A stretch of DNA of 62,732 bases, counting the filler, from Choristocarpus tenellus KU-1152 (Eukaryota; Protista; Phaeophyceae), in assembly GCA_964200185.2 (NCBI GenBank). It is 9 parts of 9 records of this genome, joined end to end, with 100 filler letters (N's around TTAATTAATTAA, not from the genome) between each part and the next. Parts side by side here need not be neighbours in the genome. Positions count along the whole stretch, not along the records: positions 7,484 to 23,582 come from CAXNAD020000879.1; positions 23,683 to 31,304 come from CAXNAD020005861.1; 7 more parts are not named here. One strand, written 5' to 3'. The position numbers and the translations under genes are program-made. Shown here piece by piece: positions 11,517 through 24,197 of the stretch. Position 1 is the first letter of the stretch, and each line of letters opens with the position of its first letter. The notes under the pieces are model-generated. The model made no database searches, was not told the DNA's origin, and saw only the letters and a program-made list of their open reading frames with translations.

Positions 11517-14035
11517 ATGCAGCCTTCGGTCTCTCTTCCCAACAACAGGCACCATTGGAAAACCTGGTCGCCGAGCTCAAGAAGGAGTTGCAGGAATTGG
11601 GAGTATCATGGGGATCTCTAGATTGTCAAGAGCTAATTTTGCAGGAGGTACTTTCCAATGTTGTTGCTGAGGAGTTCCCACCACGAAAGGAGTACACAGC
11701 GCGTTTGGTAAAGGTAAGTCGTATTTGTGTTTCTTGTGCTCAATGGTAGCTCGTCGCTTGTGTGAACCGGCAGAAATTGTTAACTACTGGAATTTTCGGT
11801 GTCTACCATCCCCCCTTCGAACCTCCAATGTGGCGTGGGGGGGAAGTTGTTGTCAACTGGACATCCAAACCATCCTCGCTCTCTCTCTCTCTATTCCATT
11901 CAAATATCTGGTGTGATACCAACCTATGTACGAGGAAGAACAGCTTCTGGTGGCGGAGAGCGAGACTCTTGGCGAGGAGACTGCTGAGGGTCTTCTAGAG
12001 GCCAGGATGGCCCAACTGCGGTTGCCGTTGCAGACAGAGCCTGGGCAACAAACCGCCTATGAGTCTTTCTGGCTACCGCCAGAGCCTTCGCCTCCCATAC
12101 CCATAGTTGAGGAAATTCCCAATTCTGATGGGTTGGCAAGTGGGCGAATTAGATCGGCAAATGATTACCTGACGTGCAGGGTGGTCAACCAGGACAATGA
12201 GGTTGGTAATAGCGAGGTAGCAATTCACTGTGGCTCTTGGATGAGAAGTAAGATAATTCGGATGCTTTTAGGGGAAAGATTAAGGTCAAGGACAGTAGGT
12301 TTGGGGTTGACTGGTCAATCAAACCACACTATAGTGACAGGTAGGAATAATTCAATATCCTCGGCCCAATCCATGCACTTGCTGCTACACGAATGTATTT
12401 TGTGCGCCTTCCTGCTCTGCACCTGTACAACTAACTGCAGTTTGCATTTCCTCCCACCCTTCTCATTTCAATTGTTGTGCAGGTTGGTATGAGAGTGTGG
12501 GAGGCAGGACGTGTACTAGCAGGTGAACAAACCTCTCGAGCCTCTCCTTTGCAGCAATCCATCCCATTGTTGACATATTTTGTTCTCCTAGTCATCCTCT
12601 CTGTCCAACTTGTGATTGTCTGCTCTATCCTGTCATTGGGATTTTGTTTGTGTTGGCTTGTTTTTGACTGGGTTGCTAGGATTGCAATCAATACTCACAT
12701 GCCAGGATTCACACGGAGTAAGTGTTGAGAAAAATACCAAGTGCATGTAAGCTATGTACTCCTGTTATTTGTATAACATACCATCCCTCTCACCTTGTGG
12801 CACAGCAGTACTTTGGAAGTAAAGTGTTGACTAGGAAGCGCTGTGCAACCCAACATGAAGATATCTTCACCCCATGAAACCTTCGTCCTCCCATGGTGTG
12901 TACTTGCATGGGTTGCATCTGGGTCATTGTTCCAACTATGTTTAATTCCTCTTGTGCCTTGTCTCCTCTTCCCCTACACTCCGCTGTCTTTGTGAATATG
13001 TGACTCTGGTCATCGAAATCAGAGTATTGTGTCTCCCGCCCAGAGCTATTCAAGGGCCGTAGAGTGCTTGAGCTTGGGGCTGGGGTGGGAATGACAGGAC
13101 TAACCATTGCTGCGTGCTGCAATCCTTCAGAGGTTGTGCTTACTGACTATGCCCCCAGGTGTGAAGATTAAAGGTGTGGACAATCTGATTTACTCCCATG
13201 TGGAGGTAAGGTACAGATCAGATCTAGAAATGCGCTTCTACGTTTTTTTTCTTGACTTACTGAGGTATGCACTTTCTACCCTTAGTCGTGCCTGAAAGTG
13301 AACAAATGCAATTTGAAATTTGATGGTTCAGGGTGGCAAGAAAGGCCCATGATGGTGCTTGAGAACCCTCCTGAAGTTTGTCACAATGAAGGAAAGTGTG
13401 CACCAACAGTCCACTCATGCTCTATGCCTTTACCCACCTCCACATTGTACTCTCTTTATACCCGATATCTCGCCTAAGTACCTACTATTTTTGGTAGCTG
13501 CAATTTTTCCTTTTGCAAAGTTATTTATAACTCAATGTAAACCCAATCCCTCTGCAAGAGCATCAATACAGGCATCATGTACCCACCCTCTGTGCCTAAC
13601 TCCCATACAAACCGCAGACTCATTCAGCTCACTCAACTACCCCCAATCTCTCAACAACACCATTACCCATAATCAAGCCTTGTCTCACCTAACTTCCTCC
13701 TCCCAAAACGGCAGGGTGCTGGCGAACCTGCGATTCAATGCTGAAATCAACCGTTCCACCCTGGAGAAGTGTGTCAGAGGCTCTGAGACAGTTGTGGTCC
13801 GTTCATTAGATTGGATGGACTATTCGTCCTTAGACACTGCCAATCCAAAAGCAAAAAAAGCTAGCTGTGAAGCCTTGTACCAACCCTTGCCAGCTTCCTC
13901 TACCCTGCTGCCATCATCACCAAAGGCTGGGCAAGCAATGAAAAGCTCTGTTCCAGAATTAGGATATGTGGTGGCAGAAGATGGATTGGGTTGCCCGGAA
14001 GTGGTCTTGGCCGCTGATGTAGCCTACGACATGAG
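11517..14035 (+). CDS. EEF2KMT: Methyltransf_16-family protein-lysine methyltransferase, EEF2KMT/FAM86-like (internal exons 11517-11713, 11944-12201, 12483-12522, 13023-13158, 13715-14035; first and last exons unresolved)
   Basis: GT-AG exons join in phase. FAM86-like N-terminus (QELIL..V..EFPPRKEY..RLVK), then VGMRVWEAG, SAM motif I VLELGAGVG, VVLTDY, LANLRFN, LDW and VVLAADVAYD. Confidence 0.8.
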
Positions 14036-17000
14036 GTGTGTTCAAGGAAGTCATTCAGTTCAGTAGAGCAGGCAAGGTTGTGACCGGTGTTCATTGTACA
14101 TACCTCCCTTCTCATGTGATAGAAGGCGGTGACTGTTAGGTCTCGATTTCTTCCCCACTCTGACAGACTCTGCATGTACAAAGTTTGTTTCCTCTGCTGC
14201 ATTCCTTCTTATTGCCTATACAGTGCCTGATGCACAAAACCAATAGTCGAGTTCCTGTTCCAGCTCTTGAACTTTTGTCAAGATTTTTGCCACTGGTAAT
14301 ATCTCGTATCATTTGCAGCGTGGTTATGGCATACAGAAGGTTCAGTAGAGGGGAGCTTGAAGGCGTGTGATGCTGCTGTAATGTACAAATTGAACATGCA
14401 TGCCCAGGACAGAAAACCTTGAAGAAGTGTAGTTGAGAGCTCTGGCTGATTTTGTACTGCATGCATAATTTGGCCATTTTTCTGATATCCTGTGCGCTAA
14501 TTTTGAAGTTCTTGCGATAAGTATGTTACCATTTGTTGTTGACAACAATGCGGTATCTATTGTTTTCTCATCAAATTCTGTTCACCGAGGAACACCACGT
14601 GCTCTACTTACTGTCTGAAGGATTGGTCTTTACGCCTGGTGCGGTGATATGATAATTTGCCTCCTGTTGGTGCATTGGCACTGAGAGCACTCTCTGAGTT
14701 CAGAGTGGTGTTGTTCAACTCAAGAATGGGGGGTGCGTTGGAAGTTTTGGGGGTGTTCGTCATGATTGTGGTATGGGTTTGTTTTGTGGTCGCGATAGTG
14801 GTTGTAAGTTTTCTTGTCGGAACTGTGGGGTTTTCAAAGGTCTGGTACATTGAACAATTACCTGTTCAAACTCAGAGGATTTACAACACTTGCTATTTGG
14901 GTGCAGACTCTTCAAGTGTATCACTCTTTTTTTATTGTATATTATAGTATAGGGCGATTTGTTCTAATTTATTTGAAGAAAAATTCAAGTACCTTTGCTG
15001 TCAGGATCCCCACAAATTGACTCCCAGGAAGAGGTGGTAGGTAATATCCCCCCCCCCCCGACCATTTTGGAATTGGACCTGCCTCGCGACTATTCTGACC
15101 AAGTGTCAATGCTGACAGCTGTTTTGTGCAAAGGAAAGTTCCTATGGGATATCCCATCATGAGCCGACATAGTTCAAGTGGTTCTGTGTTGGATTTGGTC
15201 AAATAGAGCCTTAAATCAACAGGCTTTCATCCTGGAGAGCAACCCAGGGTTGTGTGGAAAAACACGATCTAGATTTGTTTTACTTGTGCCACTCCATGGA
15301 ATCAAGATGAGGTAAAAGTTATTCATGTGCAGAGTGGAAGTGGTGCACAATATAGGTAGTTAGCCCAACAAGAGTGTCACTCTTAAATCAACTACAAATG
15401 TTGTAGCGTAAACATAATTTCATTTTTGTTTTCAAGTTGTCCCGTCAGGGTAACTAATGATCAGGACATGTTGCTTCCTGAGGCCATATCAGTTGAATAA
15501 AATATAGATAAAAAAATCCGTGAGTCACTGATTGGTAGAAATTGGAGAATGCTGCCCCATGAAAATGAGAGGTTCTTTGGGTCAGTATGATGATAACATA
15601 CGAAGTACACTGCTGGTGATATATGCTAAATTATCATACCACCATTGGTTCCTCTCACAGTCCCACCATACTGCTCATTCCACCCCTCCATTTTTTGCTA
15701 GCATCAGTTGCTTTGACGATTTTCTATCCGTCTGAACATTGTATTATATCATCCTGTGAGCCAATGGGTTGTGGTTGAGTTGAAGTTTTGTTCAGTGTAC
15801 TATCCACACACATGCGTGCGTTCACCAATGGTGCGATTTCTAGTGGTAATAGTTTTGAGTCAAAGTAACTGAGTGTGGTATTCATTTTGACTGTTTTGAG
15901 TTTGAAGGGGTTACCTTTACCTAGTTCTGAGAAGATGAAGATATTCAAAGAGTGCATTGATAACGATAGCTTGCTTCTGTAAACTGAATGTAGTCACAAG
16001 ACACCCAAAGTGCACTACGCAGCCATGGGCTGAGCTCTCCAAAAACAGTTGCTACTGGAAAGTCAGAGGTGCATTTAAAACACAGTGGCACCCCCCTCTC
16101 TGAAACTGACTCTTCCTGTCTGATCTAGAGCCCAACAGGGCATAGGCATGTACCCTTCGGCCTTTGCATTTTTTCTATCATTACTTCACAAACTTGGAGT
16201 GACTTACCAAACTTATTTGCCCACTTGCTCTCCGTTGGATATGGTTTGTTGCCTATGCAGGTTTCACAAAGCCCTGGTGGGAGTTGTGGCCGAGGTGCTG
16301 AGAAGACGTCCATCCACACTCGTTCTATTTGCCTCAACAGTAAGGCTTACCGGGGTGTTCCTAGTGGAACACAGCGACAACTCTTGTGTGATTTGCATGT
16401 CTGTTGCACACCTAAACCTGGTACTCTAGTCCTTGCCAACATGAGACCCCCAGCGCTATAAAAGTCATTGTTCATGGTAGTAAGGCCCTGTCAGACTGCT
16501 GCGTGTATGTGTTAGTTTATGTTTGTGTGTGTGAGTAAATCAAGAGGGTGAAGAAAGGGAGTATTGTTCTGTGCCTTCATCAATTACTGCTTTGAGTCTA
16601 GTTGGTGTAAGGACACAATCACTTCCTTTCTGTACAGGTCTTTATAACCACAGTTGTCTGGTTGACACAGATGTGCAACATAGCAAATATCTCCTAACAT
16701 ATCCCCTATCCCCCCACTTCCACCCCCCCACCCTTGTCAGGTCCGCAATTCCACAACCCTGAGTACCTTCTATGAGGAACTAATTCAAGCACATATCTGT
16801 GTCCGTGAGGTGGTCTGTCCGACCCTCTTGCGACCTCACATAGGTATCCATTCCCTACTTCCAACTGACGAGCAAGGGAGTTTGAAGGGATGTCCAGATA
16901 TAGTGACCAACTCGGATAGTCGGAGTTCATGCTTGGATGTGCGAACAAGAGATTTGCCCACAAAAGCTGATGGTTCTGTATTGCCAACTTGTTTGGTCAC

Positions 17001-19872
17001 CAAAGAATTTATTGGGGAGAGTAAGTTTGAAAACCATGAAAATGGTTCGTTGTGGTGCTACCCGTCAGACCTGGGTCAGGTTCATCTTTGTGCACTTGGA
17101 GTAGGGGGAGTCAAGACTCTCTCGTGCTAAGTATTCAAACTGGTGCTAAAGTTCTCATGTGGGATGAAGGGGTTGAAGAAAGTTGTGGATACAGTAAATA
17201 CCTCAATGAAGAAGGTATGTTGTGTTGTCTATGTATTGGTGGTGGCATATTCCGAGTAGTCTGGAGTGCAGCACTGTTATTTGAGGCCATGTCTTCCAAA
17301 CTCCTGTAGGGCAAAGTGGTGCTACTTTTGTTTGTAACACCTTCCCCACCCTTGCGCTCAATCAGATGTGGAGCCACCTTCAATAGTTCAGTGCAAGAAT
17401 TGCACTCTTTAGGGTGCGATATACCAGAATTGAAGTATCATATAATACATTCTACCATCAATGAAAACAAAACGTATGACTCTAGTTGTGTGTAACTATT
17501 TCTTGTGGATTGTGTTTGTTGAAACATGTTCAAGAGGTTGAGTTGAGTTTGGTATCCAATCTTTGTCGCTATGCCAACACTCCACGGTGACTGTTCTATC
17601 CCATTCACATCTGTTATGTTTTATTCTATTAGCCTATGCGTGTCCTGTCATGGCTCAGTGCATAATGGAGGCGGTTACCTTTGTTCCACGGATTCAAACC
17701 CCATTTACACCAGACTTCTTCCCATGGAAAACTGATTTCAGTTATACAATAGTCTGTGTGGCAGGCACCGTGATGCAGATTGTTCTCCTGTACTATGCTA
17801 CTACTCCAAAGGAGTGTATATTTCTTGACCTTGAAAATGCTGGACGAAGAACAAGGTGGGAAGACTTCATTTCCAATTGACACTGAGGTGGGTCCAGCAC
17901 AAGCTTTGGGAGATGAGCAGTGGGATGGCTGAACCATACCAGGAGCAATCAGAGCCAGTAAAATTAGTTGTGTTACAGTTGCAGTATCTAGTATGAGAAG
18001 TAGTGCAGTTTGAAGTGCATCTGACCACAGATTGAGATAGTCCCCACAATAAACTGAAACTATAATAACGGCAGTGATATCGTTCTGGTGGATCGTTATG
18101 ATGGTGATCTAGTGGCACACAAATAACTCCCACTGCATCATGGCTGTGAGTCTCTAAGAGCAGTGTAATCAGAGCATCTTTTTCATGTGTGGAGTTGTGG
18201 ACCATGGGCTGTAAGGACGTTTTCTGAAAGGACCAGACCAGAGCTGTAGGGTTTTTTAGTGGGGCTGGGCTTGACCTGGCTTGGTAAAATATACAGCATT
18301 TTCAAGGACTGAGCCAGGGCCGTCAATAGCGTCACTGAAAGGGCTGCTGGTCGACTCAGGCAAGACATTTCTTGGATGGACAGCACGGGTCTCAGCTGTT
18401 TTATGTTGAGCCAGTTATCACGTTGATTGGGTCATACCGGATGGTTTGGGCATGATTTAATTCTGGATTGTTCTCTGAATTTCTGGATTTCAAACTTCCG
18501 TTGTTTTTGACGAAGTATGTGTTGCTTACAAAGCTGGTCAGTATGCATGAATAATATGTCTAATCTATGTAATTGCTATCTTGTATGTGCTGCTGAACTC
18601 TTAAATGAATCAAAGAGACTTGTCTCCTGTGTCTCTATTATATTCTATATACGTTTTGTATTTTTACGCAGCTGTTGACAAAAAAAAAATCATTTACAAG
18701 ATGACTGTTTGCCCAGCCACACTCTTTCGTAAGGCACGTATGGTTGCCCAGGATTTCTTCATTTTGTGTCTCAGTTTCTTCCCTTATCATTCTTGGTCGG
18801 ATTCATGATGTGCCTTGCCGCGCCGCAAATTTCTCAGCGCCAGAGAGAGGGCTGTTTCTGCTGGTACAGGCAAGTAGTGCTTAGCTTTGTGAATTGTAAC
18901 AACTGAAATTCTACAACTGGACTAAATCATGATAGATTGAAACCGAAAACAGAGGGGTGCTGGTTGATTGGTTAATTCTCGTGTAATGCGAGCTGCATGC
19001 ATATTTCCTAGAGCTCACCGATTTGCAGGCCTTTCAGTTGACTGAGTAAACCTTTTGATCATAATGGAGTCATTGGGATTATCCAGAGTCCTAAACTGTT
19101 GATACAAATAAGGTAACAAAGGTTGTTTTCAGGGTTAGGGTTAGGTTTGTGGAAAGTGTCAATAATTGGTCTATACTGTTGGAAATATAAAATCATTGGG
19201 AACTGTGGAGATATTGAAAAACAGTACACAACCATCGGAATTCCCCAACCTTGATTGACACATACTACAACACATTTACCCGACCTTGTCTTGTACTTCC
19301 ATCAACTTCACACAAGGTAACCGCACTGTACCGCCATGCAACTCAAGCTAACACTACCTATTTCCCCTGGCGATGACTCCCCCTGAAACGCGTTCAAACT
19401 CTGCTTCGTGAGTTAGATGTCTGCGTCACAAGCCGAGTTGTGACTTGTGAGTCCTATTCACCTGACCCTACCCTACTGTCCAGATATTTTATTCTATTAT
19501 GATGACTCTACCGCACAGTTCTTCAGAATCCCTGATCATGCATAGTGCAATAGCCTGGGGCTGGATGACACTTACCTTAGACGGACCATCTAGTGGTACC
19601 TTAACCGCAAAAAACACAATCAGCAACTACCATGACCACACAAAACTGTTTTACATCGACAATTATTATAAATACAACAGTAGTAGTTGTAAGTGCTAAA
19701 CACCCCTCTAAAAAAATAGTATTTGTTTGGAGAGGAGGTCTGAGGGACACCTCCAATGGCACATCTCAAGTTGAGAGTCTTCCTCATATACTCATGATCA
19801 TTCCTATTTGTCGAGTCTGAGAGATACCTCCACTGACACACACATCTTAGATAAAGAGTTTACGGGGGGTCT

Positions 19873-20361
19873 TTGCTTGTTTCCGGTTCCGAGGACATAT
19901 ACAGGGGCCATTATCCCCTTTCGGAGAATATTGTCGACACTCCTCTTCTTGATTCCCCAATGAATCACCATGGATCATCAGTTCCAGTTCTGGGAAGAAT
20001 CTCCATGGACTCCTTGTCTCTGTCTCAGATCCTGATTGAATATGGTGTTTTTGAGACCCTCTTGAGCAATTCTTGTTTCGTTCATGTCATGAATTACTCT
20101 CATTGATTGATTCATGCTTTGAACACCTCCAATTCAAGCATAAAACTTTACAAGGAACTGTTCAGTTCCTTTTTTGTACAGGCTTTCCGAACTCAATTGG
20201 TTTGTGCAGTTGCGCGCGTTGTCTTGGCGTTACCTTCACCACCCAGCTTGGCGGATCTCAATCTTTTCTTCACCTTGATCCTATTCATGTCTGTCTCACC
20301 TCTGTCCCATCAACATGACCCGGTGGCTGTCGTCGCCACTCACACTCAGAGATCCAAGTGA
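19873..20361 (-). mobile_element. Possible highly decayed non-LTR (LINE) remnant
   Basis: Weak - strand similarity to the LINE ORF2 linker region. No RT catalytic motif was seen. Confidence 0.2.
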
Positions 20362-22039
20362 TTTGTATTTCACAACAAATTATATACTACTGTAGTACTA
20401 GGGTAAGAAAAATGAATCTGAGTCAGTGTCCGGGTTGCTTCTGGTGGGTTGGGAGGTAGGGGACGGGGGTGCCCTGACTTGTGGGGTGAGGTGGGTGGCG
20501 CAAAGGTTCTGAAATGAGATGTAATGTGGGGAGAAAAGGCGAATCTGGGCCTCGGTGGTGGCACTTGGGAAGTCAATAATCTCACTAGGGAGAGGGCGGA
20601 GGTTTTGGGTTGTGAGGGCGGTTTAGGTGTGGTTGAAGAGAGTGGGGGTGGGTGAGTATGTGCCACGATGAGGTATGTCAAAGGGTGGTTGCATCTTCAC
20701 AGAGGCTAGTTATGCAGGTGGGGTGGAGTGACCAACCACAAGGAAGGTTGACACGATGACCAGGGAGAAAAAGCTCTAGACAGTGAGGGCAGAGAGAGAA
20801 TGAAGGGTGGGGTGGGTGATTAGACTACGGCATGGTGAAAGGGGCAGAGGATGAGTGGGTGCAGATGAATTGGAGGACAGGCTTGGGTCTCACACCGCTT
20901 TCCATGAGAGGATAGAAAGGTTTGCGGGAGGGTGGGGCACAACAGGTTGTCAAGAACATTTTCTATTATTTTGAGAAGGCAGATATGTAAGAAACAATCA
21001 GTTCATAGAAGAGAACAAGTTTTACATTCTGAAGAATAGGAATCATTACAGAAAGTAATTTGTGATTAGTGATTATAATCCACTGAATAGGATTGATTTG
21101 GTGGCAGGGACCCTTCCCTTGGGATTGAAGGCTCTCTCCTCCTTTCTCCTTCCTCGACCCATCTTGTCATATACATAATAACAGCTTCTTCAACACAGCT
21201 GGGGGACAGGAAGGGGTGATGGAGGCAGGCACAGGGGTGAAGGGCAGAGGCACACCCCTGGGGATGTGAGCAGGAGAATTGATACTCTCATGGTTCTATT
21301 TGGAAAAGGGAGATGAGGCAAGGATCTGATGTGGGTGGGTGTGGTTGCTGAGGGGAGTAGGGGTTAGGGTTCCTCTAGGGAGAGACTGGCCGTCGGACCT
21401 AGTGATATCTCCTCTCCCATTGTGAGTGCCTGCGGGCCCTCCTATCTCCTCTCTTGAGCTTCCATCCAGAGTAGCCCCACTTGAGTGTGTGCTGGAGGTG
21501 TGAGACCCACTCCCTGAGATACCGCCACATCCTACAGACCCTGTCCAACTATCCCTTGCAGTTGCGCTTCATTCCGCATCGTCACCTGTTGCTCTCCCCT
21601 CCCTATTCTGTGTACTGCCACTACCCCCTCCTCCATCACGGTCCTATCCTGGTCCATGGCAAGGCTTTGGTTGAAGCATACTGTATTTGAACCTTTAGTA
21701 ATATATCACGTAGCTTCATCCGGTCCAAAACATAAATAGAGGCAGTTGTTACATCTTTTATATGAATATTCTTAACATCCTCTTTCCCGCAGACAGAAAA
21801 AATCGGGCAACACCTACCGCTCTATCTTGTCATACACATAATAATGCTGACAATACATTCTCCGTACCTATACTGAAGGCGGACTGTAACCTACTGCTCA
21901 GGTAGTCTAGCGTTTCGTGGTCGGTACAGCAAGACAAACTAGTGCTACACAACTAGCGTTCAATGGTAGACTGAAAATTCATTATAAATATAATCGGTTC
22001 GTGCATGGAGTTATACTGCTCGACTGGGCATTAATATTC

Positions 22040-22510
22040 AACCTGGGAATACATGTTGACATCGGGGGGTACCTGTGATACTCTTTTCCACAAGGAGATT
22101 CCCTTGGCCCCTTTCACTTCTGTTTGGTCACAGCCAAATGTCTCCCACAAGTCCAGTTCACCTTTGGATCGTAGGGCTTTTGTTACAGGCGACATGTCTT
22201 AATAGTGGTTTCATAAACACCACAATGATCTTGAAGTCCTAGATTTGATGTATTTGTACTTCTTTTCTTTTTTTTATCCTTATGAGGCCACCAACGTAGA
22301 ACGAGGGGATTTCAGTCCTATTTTTACACTCTGATGATACCCATATAAGTGAATAATCCAAGTGAGAAATCCAGCATATTTGATGACATTTACATTATGG
22401 ATCCTTCTACAAGCTTCATGGTCCACATACAGCCTTGTGGATTGGGGCTACGCATCCCATCATGGTAAAGGTTGCGGAGTGCGTTGTAACATGGAAGTCC
22501 TATGTTGTCT
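22040..22510 (+). repeat. Dispersed repeat, homologous (inverted) to ~53440-53890; probably a decayed retroelement
   Basis: Shared blocks include gtttcataaac-cca--at-atcttgaagtcctagattt, gaataatccaa-tgaga and tgtaacatgga. Confidence 0.65.
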
Positions 22511-23477
22511 TTTCCAACCGGAGGGAAAACTTAGCTTATTGCATGGAACTGTTGTCAGCTCCCTGGAATATGACTCGTCTCCATCTCCACTTCGCTTCTG
22601 TTGGGATGAAAGGGCCTGCATTGTCGCATCTGTGGCCCACCTTCAGCAAGGAACGGAGCTTGTGACCATCATTTGATATGGGCGAGCACACATGAGTTTA
22701 CGATTAATTGTACCCACGCCCTCTCCACTCCTAGCACATAACCCACCCACTCAAAAATGGAGTTGTGCCTCATTCAAAGTAGTCTTCCGTGAGTAGGGGC
22801 ATCCACTCCTGTCTGCATCGATGGGCTGTGCTGGAGTGCATGGCTTCAGGGTCTCTCTTTATGTCCTCGAGGCTAGGCAAGAGTGCGGGTTGTCTTACCA
22901 TGACCACCGGCTTGCACCAATGAACTGTGCCCCAGACCATAATCTCAAGACCTCGAGATTATGCATGGAGGTGCTGGCAGCATTATTATTGTGTGTTCTG
23001 CTTTTCTCGATTTCTGTAGAGTAGATTCCGCCTTATTCATGTACTTACTCTTGTCGTCCGTTGGTACCCTCGCTGGTTGTTTGCATTCTCCTGCGTTGCA
23101 ATCTTCACTATTAGGTACAGAAATAACCAGCAGTCGATCGGTCACAATTCACTCGCAGATCTTCTGAGAGAATGGGTGATTAAAATTCTTCAAGTATGTC
23201 GCCTGACATTTGGTGAAAAAAATGTATAGACTGTACATGGAAGTGTTTACTGTAGTATACTACCTTGTCGATATTGAGGACACACAATTTTGTAATGTGT
23301 CCACTCCCTTTGCATATCTCCTCAAAGCCAATTAAGTAGGGCTTTCAATGTTGTCAAAACTTGCTGACGTTGGCACGATGACATAGAAGGGCAATACTCC
23401 CATAGAGTCCATTGTCTGCAGTGTTAAGGAAGGAGTGTATGAAACAGCGGATCATGATAATGGCAGATGGTTCATTT

Positions 23478-23582
23478 CATGGAGGATGGGTTTGACCGAA
23501 ATGGTGCGCGGAAAGTGCCCATATGTTTTTTTTTGTAAATGTTATAAAAACTTTTTAGGACCCCTTTTTTAGTGGTATGTTT
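23478..23582 (+). repeat. Dispersed repeat, inverted homolog of ~60200-60310
   Basis: atggaggatg...gtgcgcggaaagtgcccatatgttttttttt gtaaatgtt is shared. Both copies abut contig ends. Confidence 0.75.
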
Positions 23583-23682
23583 NNNNNNNNNNNNNNNNNN
23601 NNNNNNNNNNNNNNNNNNNNNNNNNNTTAATTAATTAANNNNNNNNNNNNNNNNNNNNNNNNNNNNNNNNNNNNNNNNNNNN
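23583..23682. other. Artificial contig spacer
   Basis: N44-TTAATTAATTAA-N44. Confidence 0.98.
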
Positions 23683-24197
23683 GTTGTGGGGTGTGGTTTC
23701 TTGTGGGGCTTCATCCTGTTAAGATGTTCTTGACCTCGTGCCTCTGATTTTTTTCTATCACATCTGGTGACTAGGGTTTTGGAGTGTTTCGTGGTTTGAA
23801 TGTGGTAGTTAGACATTCCGCTTTTGAAGGGTGGTGTACGGTATCACATTGGGTGTTGGTTAGGGTTAGGGCTAAAGGGTGATTGGTGTAACTTCACTAC
23901 GTCTTTCTTTGGATTTGGTTCCCGAGAAGGGCCATTTACTGTACTGTACTGTACTTTAGTACTGTACTTTAGTACTTTGCTATACTTTACTTTACTTTGA
24001 TAGCGTGGAAGCATGCTCATACTGCTGCCTGCTCCCAATAAAGTATTAGTCTCATCTACTCCCTTTTATTTTGGTACTGTCCACCCTGCCAACACTGCAA
24101 TGATTCACTCCTGCCCCTAGGTCCCACACTTGGATCACCTTATTGTCACCCCCCCTTTCATGAATTGTTTATCTCTGTTGTGCTTTCTGCCACCTAG

